Source: Parasitella parasitica NRRL 2501
Taxonomy: Eukaryota; Fungi; Mucoromycota
Length of the DNA stretch: 64,000 nt
Direction: 5' to 3'
Assembly (NCBI GenBank): GCA_025201805.1
Contig: MU619389.1
Location: 1 to 64,000, forward strand
Each line of letters starts with the position of its first letter. Positions within the stretch are counted from its first letter, which is position 1. The notes under the pieces are model-generated. The model did no database searches and was not told the DNA's origin. It worked only from the letters and a program-made list of their open reading frames with translations. The translations under genes were made by a program, and so were the position numbers. This document shows, one piece after another, positions 39,149-50,588 of the stretch.

Positions 39149-40293
39149 ATGTCTACAGAAAAAAATCAAACTAAGCTTCAAGCAGCCAAACGCATTATTT
39201 TTCTTGGTAAAAAAAAGATGCATTGAATAACACTGTCATATTACTGCTTGCTAATATCCTTTTGCTCTAAAGATATCGGGCAACTACAAGGACAAGTTTA
39301 CTGTTGGGACAAGAAATTCACTTATACGGGAATGCCTATCATGATAACGTAAATATTTAATTTCCTCGCGCAAGTATACCAGACCAGTTGTTGACCCTCT
39401 CTTCTTTTCTTTAGGAACAACGCCGTAATTGCATGGGAGAAAACACCAGGCGGGCCGGTATTTTCCAAAGGATTGATACGCCCTCCTCCAGCAACTTCTG
39501 GAAAGTTTATGACAGGCTACGAAATGCTCAACTCTCCTGGAACGGTTGATGCCGGAGCACGCCCAAAGAAGGATTTCATTGCAGCTGTCCTGAAATACTT
39601 TTACGATAAAGCGGCTAAACAGTGGACCAAGACATACGATAAAAACGAGGTTGTTATTGTGATCCCTGTGCCTCATTTTTACAAAGTTGACGACAAGAAA
39701 GCGATGACAGATGCCGCAAGCCTTGCTGGGTTGTGCGAGCATGGCACTGTGCTCCTTGAAGACTCGCTTTATCTTTTGGCTCAATCTGCTCAACTAGCCG
39801 GCTGTAAAGGGATGGGCTTCATACGATGGATCAATCTAAATGCGCCAAAGTTTGAAATCATCGACACTTCGTCTGAGGGTAAAGTGGTTGGAAATCCTTA
39901 TCAACATTTGAAAGGTCTGCCCGATATGATTAAGGAAATTGAGGGCCGTATTCAAGCTGACCGGAATGACACTAATTTGAACGAATTTGACCGTGCATGG
40001 AAATTAAAGGAAAAAGTGCAAAACATGTTTATGGTATGTTCTATTCTTTTGCTAGCTGTATATGCGAGATTCGCTAAACCATCTATCTCTAGCTTGGAGA
40101 GGACTGCATAGAAGAGCTTCAAAGCACCACTATTGCCGTAATGGAATATGGGATGGGTAACAAAACAAAGGGAACTTTGCGTGTCTATGGCTCTTTTGAA
40201 CACAACTATGGCGCTCGAAACTATACCGTGGAAAATTTATCCTTGGCCGAGATCTTTTTTCGACATCTAAAATTAAAATTCAATTGGATTTAA
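39149..40293 (+). CDS. Orphan protein with divergent Hsp70/actin-like ATPase-fold features; 4 predicted exons
   Basis: Three predicted GT-AG introns give a continuous frame: RIIFL-DIGQLQG (phosphate-1-like) and VVIVIPVPHFYKVDDKKAMTDAASLAGL (compare Hsp70 [21 protein letters not shown].IAGL). Confidence 0.55.
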
Positions 40294-42076
40294 TTGCTAA
40301 TAGCTCTATAATAAAAGCGTTTTATTTCAACACAAAAATGAAGAAGCCGCCTTAACTGTGGTATCCATTGATATCAGAGAATTTCTAACCTTTATGTTTC
40401 GCTTCCTAATTTAAAACAAGTGCACGCTAGCTAAGCACTCAAATGCAATGGTTGCCACATATAGATTGGATGGCATCTTTTAGTATGAAAATTGCTTTCA
40501 AGGCCATTCTCCACAGCATCTTGGCTATTGATTAAATACAGAAATACTTGCAAGCACTTGTGTTTCGTGATTGTAAAGTATAATAAATGACCTATATATC
40601 AAATATCTCCAGAGCCTTTCTATGTATTCTTTAGATATCTGTTGTTTAGATTTTTGTGCCAAGAGCTTGCCATCAAGAAATGAATTTTGCATCCAACCAT
40701 ATGAATATGAAGGCTATTTACCTACGTTTTAGCACCAATCTACTCATGTCACAACAATAACTACACATCGATATTTTGATGATAATGGTAACTGTAACAT
40801 TTCTGCTCAAAAATACTCTAATCTTGGAAATAGCAGCAAATAAACTTCAAGACAAAGGTCGCGCAATTGTCGAGACATTCCATCGCAAAAGCAAGTATTT
40901 AATCGGGGTCGACGCATTATGCCAAAGGATAGTCTACCAACAACCATTATCCATGCAGATCAAGTTAATAAATACGACTTTAGAGTATATATAAATATTC
41001 GAATTTGTATGATGCTATAATAAGCCTACTAATACTTTCATTGACTATATAGTCTAAAAAGATATACCCTCAAGGGTTGTTTTTTTTTATTAAAAGTACC
41101 AACGAGACAAACGGATACTTATCTCTTTATAAGTATACACAGTATGGTTTTGATTGCCTGTCAATAGTTTAACCTAGCTCTGCAATCTAGCATTTTTTTA
41201 ATCTGCTTTCAAAGGACAAAACTTATGATGGCATTTTTTAACACTAAAAGCTGTCTCTTTGTATGGCAAAATGCGATATACATTATTATGTATGCTAAAC
41301 GACCTTAAGAGAAGGTTTAAGCAAACAAAAACTCTGTATATTTGGAGTGCAATCTAACCTATCTTCAAGTGTGATGTAACACCTCTTGATTGAACAAGGA
41401 GGCAGAGCAATAAACCTGCATTAGAGTCAATCAAGTTCATATGATACCATCTCTAATTGGTGCATATGAAAGCTTTAGGATAGTTATTTCGGTTAACAAG
41501 TGTTAGATGCGATTCTGCTTCTAAACTTGACCTTAAATAGATGTGTTTATAGGCTTGTCCCGGGAATTTGAACATTGCATTTGCTTGGTAAGCTCGAATC
41601 ACCTTGACGTGTGATGGGGAAGCCCAGCTACAAGGAAACAAACTCAGAATCGAGATGGATACACAGAAATGGGTGATGGTGGCATCGAAATTTAGGATTT
41701 TGTAGCACGCTTCTTGATCTAAATTAAGCGAAGATCCAGCAAGTAATTGTGCTTTTACAATAGTCTTCAATTATTTGTTACTAAAATTTAATAAATGTAC
41801 AGTATTTGAATAATAAGGTCTATTGTGCCGAATTTTAGGAAAAAAAAAAAAAAAAAGTACAGATTAATGATACACACAATAGGAAAAGGGGAGAAAGAGA
41901 GAGTTTAAGGTTTAATTGAGCCAGAGAAAAATTTCTTTTCTCTCTTTTGCTATTTTTTTTTTTTTTTTTTTTGTTCTTCTTTTCTCATACCCTCTTGTCT
42001 TGTCTCTCATTCATATATTTCATTATACGTATATACCAGTTAAGCAAATCCATTGCAAATTCCTCGACTAGATAAC

Positions 42077-43900
42077 ATGGCAATGGTAATGGCTGATAAT
42101 CAACGCGAGCAGCAAGTTGAAGTCCCTTTTTTACAAATTAAAAATCAGGGACAAATGAATGAACCTGTAGTAGAAGATGTTGTAATTTTACTAGAGGATG
42201 AAGAGGACTTCCACCTTGACTCTAAAAACCATGCAAATAGTCAAGTGGCGTATTATTTACAAGATCAAGTCGAGGAAGAGGAGGGTGAGGGTGAGGGTGA
42301 GGATGAGGGTGAGGATGAGGATGTGGACAAGAAGGATGAAGAGAATCGATTTAATTTACCGCACACTGCAGAGCTTCTACATGAAGAAGAAATTAGTGGG
42401 AACGAAGTATTCTACCTAGCCAACCGAACATTCTATACGACATGCCACAAGATCTCGCGTCAGAATAGCCCATCCTATAGGAAGAGACCGCCTTATACGT
42501 TCCTTGAAAACTGGCTCATTCACAGTGTTTTCAGTAAATCACAGCAGATTCTTTTACGCTTTCCAGTGATCCATCCCAAAGTGATGATGACTGAAGGAGA
42601 TTTTATTTATACCCCACATCAAATGGCTACAGAAAGCAACGGCGAATCTGATAACCAGCAGCAATACTACCGCCATGATGAAAGCCAAGGGCAGCCGACA
42701 GATTATGAATACGGTGACGAGGAAGAATACGACTATTATGACGATCCATTCATTATCGGAGATGAAGGCGTCATGGTCATGAGTGCCTCAGCGCCTGACG
42801 CTTCACAATTTATGGCTGAGAATGATGATGAGCAAGATGAGCTGCGTGCCTCGTCCTTGGTCATGGATGAAAATATGTGGATGGGCCATAGTAGATATAA
42901 CTCAAACGGGCTGACTCTTCATGTTGTTAATCCGGACGACAAGCCTGAGGATGATGATGATCCAATGTATCGTAATGTAGTTGGTTCCAGCAATCCTTAC
43001 AAATCCATTGTTCATAACAACAGCCCTTATCATGGTCAGCTTCAAATGGTGCAAGAAGAAGATGAAGAGGAATACGAGGAAGAGGAAGAGGAAGAGGAAT
43101 TGATAGAAGAGGACAAGCATGAGCCTCGTAATCGATACAATGATTTACACGATTGCCAATCTACAGACGACTCATTCAGTACGCACACACACAGCATGAA
43201 CCTCTCCATGTCACCAGAAGTGCTCAATTGGTATCGCTCAGCAGATTTAAGACCTGTTGCATTAAGCGCGCCTATACTCGTAGACGATAGTAATGCATTA
43301 CTAACGCCATTGATCACATGCGATAATGAACAACAACAACCACAGCCACAACCGCGACAACATAATCGTCACCACCGTCAAGATCAGCAGCAGCACACTC
43401 ACTATGGATGTAGCAGCAGTAGTAGCAGTACCAGCAGCGAAAATAGCTCTTGCAGCATCATCAGCAGCAGTAGTCAGCGCACAGCACATTCCGACGACAA
43501 ATCTACTACCCAACATTCAACAAGCTCATACCAATCTCTCGCCGACATTCTGATGGAGGAAGAAGAAGACAGTACTTTTCGGATCAGTCAGCACAGTTCG
43601 TATGGTACTTTGCTACCAATTCATGGTCAAAGTCGATCCTTGACGGCCACCAATTTTACTGACGGCAATCAACATCCTTCAAACACAACTTCACCTTTAA
43701 TGCAGGTGTCGGTCTGTTTTGTCGATGCAGCCTGGGTAGCTCTGGACCTAGCACAAACATACGCGGAAGAAGCACCAAGCAACAAGGGGATCACTGGATT
43801 TATTACCTGCATGTTTAAAATATGGAAAGTTTTGTTCTTGGGCGCAGAAACGATGCTGAGCTGGGGAAATCACCCTCCAAGTCCACAAACAGTTGTTTAA
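42077..43900 (+). CDS. Hypothetical acidic, low-complexity protein
   Basis: Uninterrupted ~607-codon ORF from ATG 42077 with E/D/S/Q tracts and a short hydrophobic C-terminal segment; no recognisable domain. Confidence 0.7.
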   Translation: MAMVMADNQREQQVEVPFLQIKNQGQMNEPVVEDVVILLEDEEDFHLDSKNHANSQVAYYLQDQVEEEEGEGEGEDEGEDEDVDKKDEENRFNLPHTAELLHEEEISGNEVFYLANRTFYTTCHKISRQNSPSYRKRPPYTFLENWLIHSVFSKSQQILLRFPVIHPKVMMTEGDFIYTPHQMATESNGESDNQQQYYRHDESQGQPTDYEYGDEEEYDYYDDPFIIGDEGVMVMSASAPDASQFMAENDDEQDELRASSLVMDENMWMGHSRYNSNGLTLHVVNPDDKPEDDDDPMYRNVVGSSNPYKSIVHNNSPYHGQLQMVQEEDEEEYEEEEEEEELIEEDKHEPRNRYNDLHDCQSTDDSFSTHTHSMNLSMSPEVLNWYRSADLRPVALSAPILVDDSNALLTPLITCDNEQQQPQPQPRQHNRHHRQDQQQHTHYGCSSSSSSTSSENSSCSIISSSSQRTAHSDDKSTTQHSTSSYQSLADILMEEEEDSTFRISQHSSYGTLLPIHGQSRSLTATNFTDGNQHPSNTTSPLMQVSVCFVDAAWVALDLAQTYAEEAPSNKGITGFITCMFKIWKVLFLGAETMLSWGNHPPSPQTVV

Positions 43901-44402
43901 AATTATAGATGATTATACAATACTCACTTGTATATTAATTCATTCCTATTACCTATTCCATCTTCAAACCTACGTTTTACATATCTGATATATACCATAT
44001 ATATATATATATATTATAACCCCACATTATGAATAATATGCAAATAAAGATAAAGAAAAAAGCTATGCTGCTCCATACATACATATGCTGTAAAACTCAA
44101 CTTTCCATCGACAGGCCTATTTGCATAACGCAGAAACAGTGTGCTTGGACTCCAGTGAGTCAAGCTTTAGTGCATTTATTTCTTTCAGCAATTAGAAGGC
44201 ATGCATCGGAACGATCTTGTATAACATCAGGTACGACATGCCATAATGGAAAAAAATCATGCCACAATTTTTGCTATTCAACAAAGATCACTTTTAAACC
44301 TCAAAACTCCATGATTACACACAAGCTGTTTTAATATAAATGCAAAAGAAACTAAAGTCAGTGCCTGATCCCTCTTCTTTCTTCTAACTAATCACTAAAG
44401 TA

Positions 44403-46451
44403 ATGATGGTTACCCCTAGCGTCTCTACTCCCGCTCCCGCGCCCGCGCCCGCCTCCAAGATAGACTTCCTTGTTGTTGGTGGGGGCCCTGTAGGCCTGTT
44501 GGCAGCAAATCTCATCGTTCAGGCTGGTTTCAGCGTTCGTATTGTTGGTAGGTTTAAAAAGGGAAAAATGCAACCGCTGCGTCACTCATGCTCAAATAGA
44601 CATTGAATATGAACCTAATCATTGGGGCCGTGGCGATTGGATTCATGGACGTACTCTTGAGCTGCTGGAAAGGGCCGGTCTCGAAGATGAGCTTTTAAAG
44701 ACAGGCGTCAAAGTTGAGAAAATGTCATCTTATATGAATGGCGAACTGCAGAAAGAGATCCCTTTTGTGCCTGAAGAAACGGAATCCAAACACAAGTGAG
44801 TAGTCAAACCGATTTGTATATTTGGTGTAGATTAAATGCTAAAATAATGCTTCTCAATAGGTATTTGCTTTGTGTTGGGCAACACATTACAGAGTCAAGT
44901 CTTCAAAGTCAATTGTCAAATCATGATGTTCAGGTGGAGCGTCCTTCTACTGTAGTCAATATGAACCGTGACGACAACAGAGACGGTGAGTATCCCATTA
45001 CTGCTACAATCATGCACTTGCAAGAGGGAAACGGCACCGAGGATGTTCAATGCAAGTACGTATTAGGCTGTGATGGCTCTCACAGTGATATCCGTCAGCA
45101 ACTCGGCATTGTGAATGAGGGAGAAACCAGCGAAACACATGCTGGAGTACTCGATGCTTTGATCAGGACTAATTTTGCAAGCAGAAAAGAAGTTTGGTAA
45201 ATATATACACGCATTGACGACTTGATTTGCAATATACAATGCTAACATGTTCCCAACTAGTATTGTTCAGAGCGACCACGCCAAAACTATCAGCATGTTT
45301 CCTAGAGAAAACGGCCTCACGCGTTTGTTTGTTCATTTCAATGAGAATGAGCACGAGCAAAGAAAAGAACAGCATAACAGAAACAAGATTCAGCTGGAAG
45401 ATATTCAGAGAGAGGCGAAAAGAGCCCTTTTGCCTCATCGTATTGAATTTCTAGGTATTTTGTACTGGTCAGTCTATGTGGTAGGGCAGCGCTATGCTTC
45501 CAGACTCGACTCTGAAGACCAAAGAGTCTTTCTCTGTGGTGATGCTGCTCATTCCCAAAGTCCAACTCTAGGTCAAGGCGTAAATACTGGCTTTGGTGAT
45601 GTCTTTAATTTGGTAAATACTCCAACATACCTGCACAGCTGTTTTCTGTTATCTTTTATTCACCATATCCATTTCCAACGTAGATCTGGAAAATTGTCAT
45701 GGTAGAAAGGGGCCAACTTGACCGTAAATATCTCGCTACGTACCATTCAGAAAGATGGCCTGTTGCTCAAAATGTATTGAAAATTGACAAGATAGCAGCC
45801 AAAGCAGCTGCTGGGCACCAATCCTCGGATTACTGTCAAGTTGTGGAGAACCATCGACTCTTCACAGCGGGTTATGGCATAAGCTATGAAATCAATAGCA
45901 GCGATGATGTGTCACTGATGCGGGATTATGGGCAAGATGAAGCAATCGAATTCAACCTGGATTACTGCATGAAGCCTGGTATGCGTGCTCCTGACTTCAA
46001 GGTGTTTGGCTACAATTCTGGCAAGAAGACTCGTCTATTTGATGTCATTCCTAGCAGTGAGCAAGTGCCTAGATGGCTGTCATACACGCTTCTTGTGCTG
46101 GCTAATGATCTTCGGTCCACTCATGATGTCACGTCCAAATTCTTGAATGAAACCGGTAAAGCTGCAACCTTACTACCACCTACCAATATAATAGTCATCA
46201 CGACAAGCACGGCAGATCAAGTTTCGGCCTACAGAAAACTGCTAGATACCGACAGGGTTGTTATTGATAAGCTAAACCAAGCGCAGTGTCATAGAGCTTA
46301 TCACTGCAAAGCTAGTGGGCATTCGAACGATGAAGAAAAGATGCAAATCGTACTTGTAAGGCCAGATGGATACATTGGTACTATTATCAGAAGCGATGAT
46401 GCTATCTTGCTGAGCAATAGAGTCTGCCAATACTTTTCAAACATTGTCTAG
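44403..46451 (+). CDS. FAD-dependent aromatic-ring monooxygenase (phenol 2-monooxygenase/PheA-like), multi-exon
   Basis: VVGGGPVGL (GxGxxG), YVLGCDGSHSDIR (DG motif), VFLCGDAAH..GQG.NTG..D..NL.WKL (GD motif) and C-terminal VLVRPDGYIG. Confidence 0.9.
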
Positions 46452-46696
46452 TCGGCCTATTGTTATTTTGATGATATCCTTGCAAATAAATCCATTATGG
46501 CACGAAACAACTCAAAAAAACTACATGTTAGATGTTACACGTGAATGATATTCGCAAGCGTCCCAAAGTACATGAGATGATAAAACCATTTTATTTAAAT
46601 ATTTAGAGTATGTACAACAAGTAGACGTCAAGGCGTTATTTCTAAACCCATTTCATGTTCAAGGAGTTATGGATTGCATTGATAGGAAAGCAAGAT

Positions 46697-46945
46697 TTAC
46701 CATTCTTTACGAGTATATTTACCATCATATTTTTGATTGAAAGCAGCCAACTTGACTTGTTCGCCTTCCTTGACATGCTGCCACGGCTCAGCATTAGTTT
46801 TGTGATTCCAGACGACATCGGGAGCATGAGCTTGATGCGTGCTCATATAAACAGCGCCAGTAAGAGCACCACCGAGAATGACAAAAAGAGGGTAGATTTC
46901 TGGCTGTGATGCAGAGCGCTTGAGGAATTGAGATAATTGACCCAT
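46697..46945 (-). CDS. NDUFA4/MLRQ (B12D-family) small mitochondrial membrane protein
   Basis: PEIYPLFVILGGA, a TM helix, PDVVW....EPW and Q.K signature. Confidence 0.85.
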   Translation of the reverse strand: MGQLSQFLKRSASQPEIYPLFVILGGALTGAVYMSTHQAHAPDVVWNHKTNAEPWQHVKEGEQVKLAAFNQKYDGKYTRKEW

Positions 46946-47269
46946 ATTGAAGTGTTTGAAGAGATGAAAAGATAAAAAGTCGTTAAAGAAAAATTCTCTG
47001 CTTTTTTTTATTTAATGCAAATCGAAAAATCGAAGAATAAAATCATACGATTTAGAATTTATGGGAGAATCCATGGTATGCTTTTGGGCCATTGGCTCCA
47101 TCTGTAGCTATATATGACATTAATGTCTCACTTTTAGTGACCATAATTATATCATGAACAATGGCATGGGGTCAAAACCCAGCGAAAAGTAAACAATAGC
47201 AAACGTTTTCATGCAAAAGAGGCATGCTGGTTTCGGTTTCAAAAATACCAACTTCAATTGCAACATATA

Positions 47270-47308
47270 CAGTGCTTTGCGATTAGCAATTTTAATCGCA
47301 AAGCACTG
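47270..47308. mobile_element. 39-bp collapsed Tc1/mariner-type element (TIRs only) with TA duplication
   Basis: TA-CAGTGCTTTGCGATTA-GCAATTT-TAATCGCAAAGCACTG-TA: perfect 16-bp TIRs starting with CAGT. Confidence 0.6.
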
Positions 47309-47799
47309 TACTGTAATCATTTTTAAATTCTGTCGTAATTAAATTTTAGAAAGATGGAATATTCTCCCCATCTAAGGAGCTAAAGTAAATGGCGGCTCCC
47401 ATCTTTAGAGCGTGCAAAAGAATTTTTCTTCTTGTTATACAGCAGAAATTCCTTACAGTATTCAAATAACAGACAATGCTTTAAATCATAGTGTTCAGTT
47501 TGGTTACATTCTTTACTGTATATATACAGTATTTTCGGTTACATTTGAGAAGATTATAAACAAAAGATAACTTTTGGAGAATTATATTTTATTTTTGGAA
47601 AGCCTTCAGAAAATATGAAGCTAATTTTTGTTAGTAAATTTGCCGTCAACCTCAATCCTAACCTCTATTTGACTTTCTATTTCACATGTTTAGCATTAAA
47701 ATTACAAAAAAAGGAACTCTTGAACTGACATTAAGCATTCTTATAAGCAAAAGTCGTAATGGGGCTTCTCTGTCACTAGCAATTGGCAACTTGTACAAA

Positions 47800-49400
47800 T
47801 AACAAGGAATTATTACAGTAAAGCATTGTCTTCATTAATTATTCTCTTCTGCTTCCAACTCGATGAGCCGCACCTGCTTTACCGTATTACTATAAAGAAA
47901 GGTATACTTGTGCCATCAAACTCACTTACTTTATAGAGCTGTGTTATGTATTAGAATTGATATTGACGTGATATCATCTCCAGATAGATATTTTTTTACA
48001 GCTTAAAAGCAAGAACTTCAGCTTCATGTGCCTTTTTTTGATCGATTTCATAATCAAAAGTGCCCTGGAATCGCCAGAAATAGTATCCATTGGGAAAAAA
48101 CTATATTATATATGATTTTGGTGCAATTTGAGCGTGATTTTTTTTTCGATGCAAAATCATGGATTTTTTCGATTTTTTCCTTGTATCCACACATCCAAAA
48201 TCATCAATTATGCATTATTCTCAATTTTGACCCCAAAAATGCAACTTTTTACTATGGCATATATTGGAGGAAAATGATCGTTAAAGACCACTCCTTGATC
48301 TGAAAGACTGGAAATGCTCTCTGATTAAGCAGAATTTTGACTTTTCCCTCATAATCTGTTATGAGGTTTTCTCGATATAATTTCTTCCTTAAGCATACGA
48401 GAATTACGAAATAATACCATCGTGTAGAGCATCCAAAAACACAGCTATCATCATAGACTGACAGCCGGGGTATGCATAGTATCAGGGGATGATACCTTGC
48501 CTTAAAGAAGTAATTTTGTTTTCTAATTGTACAAATGGAGTTTCTGAAAGAATTTTTCCTTTCTGATTTTGGTCGCGTTTAATCTCCGCTATCCAAGAAA
48601 GATGGTGCTTTTTTTTTTTGAAGAAAGCATTAGCTTCAAGAAGCCAAAGCTTGCCCAATTCAAGAGAAAAACAGCTGCAAACTAGTTTATTTAAATTTTA
48701 TGCTTCTTTGCTTTCTAATGGTGGAGCTTGCATGTCTGTAACTAGCTTGACGATCTCACGCTCCGATTTTGAAGAATACTTTTCCGAAAAAAGTCAGAAA
48801 AGTCGTTACCTTCATCTGATTTCAACTCAAAGAGCACAAAAGCTTGCTCAAAGTTATGCAAATATGTAATGAAAAGGTGTATTATAGTCTAATGTATTAA
48901 TTTGAATTACTCGATTTTGTGTCTGAAATTGCCAAACATTGTTTTCTCACAGTTTTTGTCTTTTTTCTGACAATTACACACTGAAATTGGCGTAGACCCA
49001 AAAAAAAAAAAAAAAGAAAGCAGAAAAAAATCAGGCGCCTAAAATCTACGCAGGCATTGCAAATACAAACACATTTGGACCATTCCAATATTATGGAAAA
49101 GATGGCAAAGGGTTGATTAGCTGCTTTATTGTGCAACTGGATATACAGAATTCAACTTGGTACTTGTCTGACAAGAACTTCTACAATAGAAGACGCCAGA
49201 TCAACTGAAGGTATAAGAAAGTGCTAAAGAAAAGGAAACAATCTGCCACCAGGATAACACACCCATCTATAAAAAATTATCTGTATAGAAATTTATAAAA
49301 TCCGAAGGGCACAAACGAGTTTATCTTCAACCTTGCTCTCCGTTCCTGAATCCAGTTAGAGGTTTTTTAATCCCAGAATCACAGATGGTTGTCAATAGGC
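47800..49400. repeat. Dispersed repeat, copy 2 (no MITE)
   Basis: Direct repeat of ~3716-4175 plus 4806-5935. Confidence 0.9.
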
Positions 49401-49885
49401 AGCCTTAACCTTTTTTGAAGACTACCTTGAGCTTAAAGATATGAGGTAGATAGCTCATCTCACAACACATTCTTTATATTTTCACTAGAATAAAACAAAG
49501 CAGTTATTCTTTTTCTTTACATATAGAAATCGCCACTTAACATCTTTTTTAGGGAGACTATATCTCTTCTCTCAAAAACTACTTAGCTTTTATCAGAAAT
49601 AAAAGGTTTTTGTTGCCAGAAACCCTATTATATATTATCACAATCACCATGATTTTTATCATTTACTTGAACTTTTTTTTCATTTTTTTTTTCAGAAACT
49701 GCAAAATGACAAGTGTCGCGATAGTACTAAATCCGAAAAGTAAATACTACAGGTAAAGAAAATAGGTTGGGCCACTAAAAAAAAAAAATGGGCCAGCCAA
49801 AACAGCAATAAAGAGATAATAGGCGAGTTCGATACCAGGTATCGCTCTTTTTTCACTTTAGTTGGTATCATACTGAAATTTAAAA

Positions 49886-50174
49886 ATGTCAGACCCTCCC
49901 TCTCGGCTTTCAACTTTGCAATTACCTCATAGACTACGACCAGGCACAGATTTAATGTCGAAACAGATTTTGTTAGATCCTACTGTCACAAACATTATCA
50001 TTGACACTGTCCTTGATCCCCAAAGAAAACACCCAGTACTTACCTTGGCCAACAGAGTGGCCAAACTACACCATCTCTGATAAATTGTATTTCCCGAGCT
50101 CCCCAATTCTACTAAACTTTGTAATATCATCAATGAAGTATGAAGTCTCAAAGAAAACCACGCGCAACAAAAAG
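49886..50174 (+). pseudogene. Left arm: frameshifted, internally deleted Rpn-like nuclease fragment
   Basis: MSDPP..LPHRLRPGTDLMSKQILL..NIIIDTVL / frameshift / IPKENTQYLPWPTEWPNYTISDKLYFPSSP-ILLNFVISS; the ExQ segment is missing. Confidence 0.8.
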
Positions 50175-50179
50175 GGGTT

Positions 50180-50588
50180 CTTTTTGTTGCACATGGTTTT
50201 TCTTGAGACTTCATACTTCATGGAAGAAATCACGAAAGTTAATAAAATTGGTGGAGTTTTGTTGTGTTGGTGAAAAGCTGAAATAGCACAAGTCATAAGC
50301 CTTAACACAAAGTCATTATCAACCGTGTGTTGAACTTCAACTAGTATAGGAGGAAAATTGACATCATTTGGGGAGCTTGGTAAATACAACACATCAGAGA
50401 TGGTGCGGTTTGGCCACTCTGTTGGCCAAGGTAAGTACTGGGTGTTTTCTTTGGGGATCAAGGACAGTGTCAATGATAATGTTTGTGACAGTAGGATCTA
50501 ACAAAATCTGTTTCGACATTAAATCTGTGCCTGGTCGTAGTCTATGAGGTAATTGCAAAGTTGAAAGCCGAGAGGGAGGGTCTGACAT
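50180..50588 (-). pseudogene. Right arm: frameshifted, 3'-truncated Rpn-like nuclease fragment
   Basis: Same N-terminus and frameshift, then TEWPNRTISDVLYLP..FPPILVEVQHTVDNDFVLRLM, homologous to TEWADGKRSDALYIP..LPPILVEVQNHVDQRFMLRL at 1257-2320. Confidence 0.85.
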
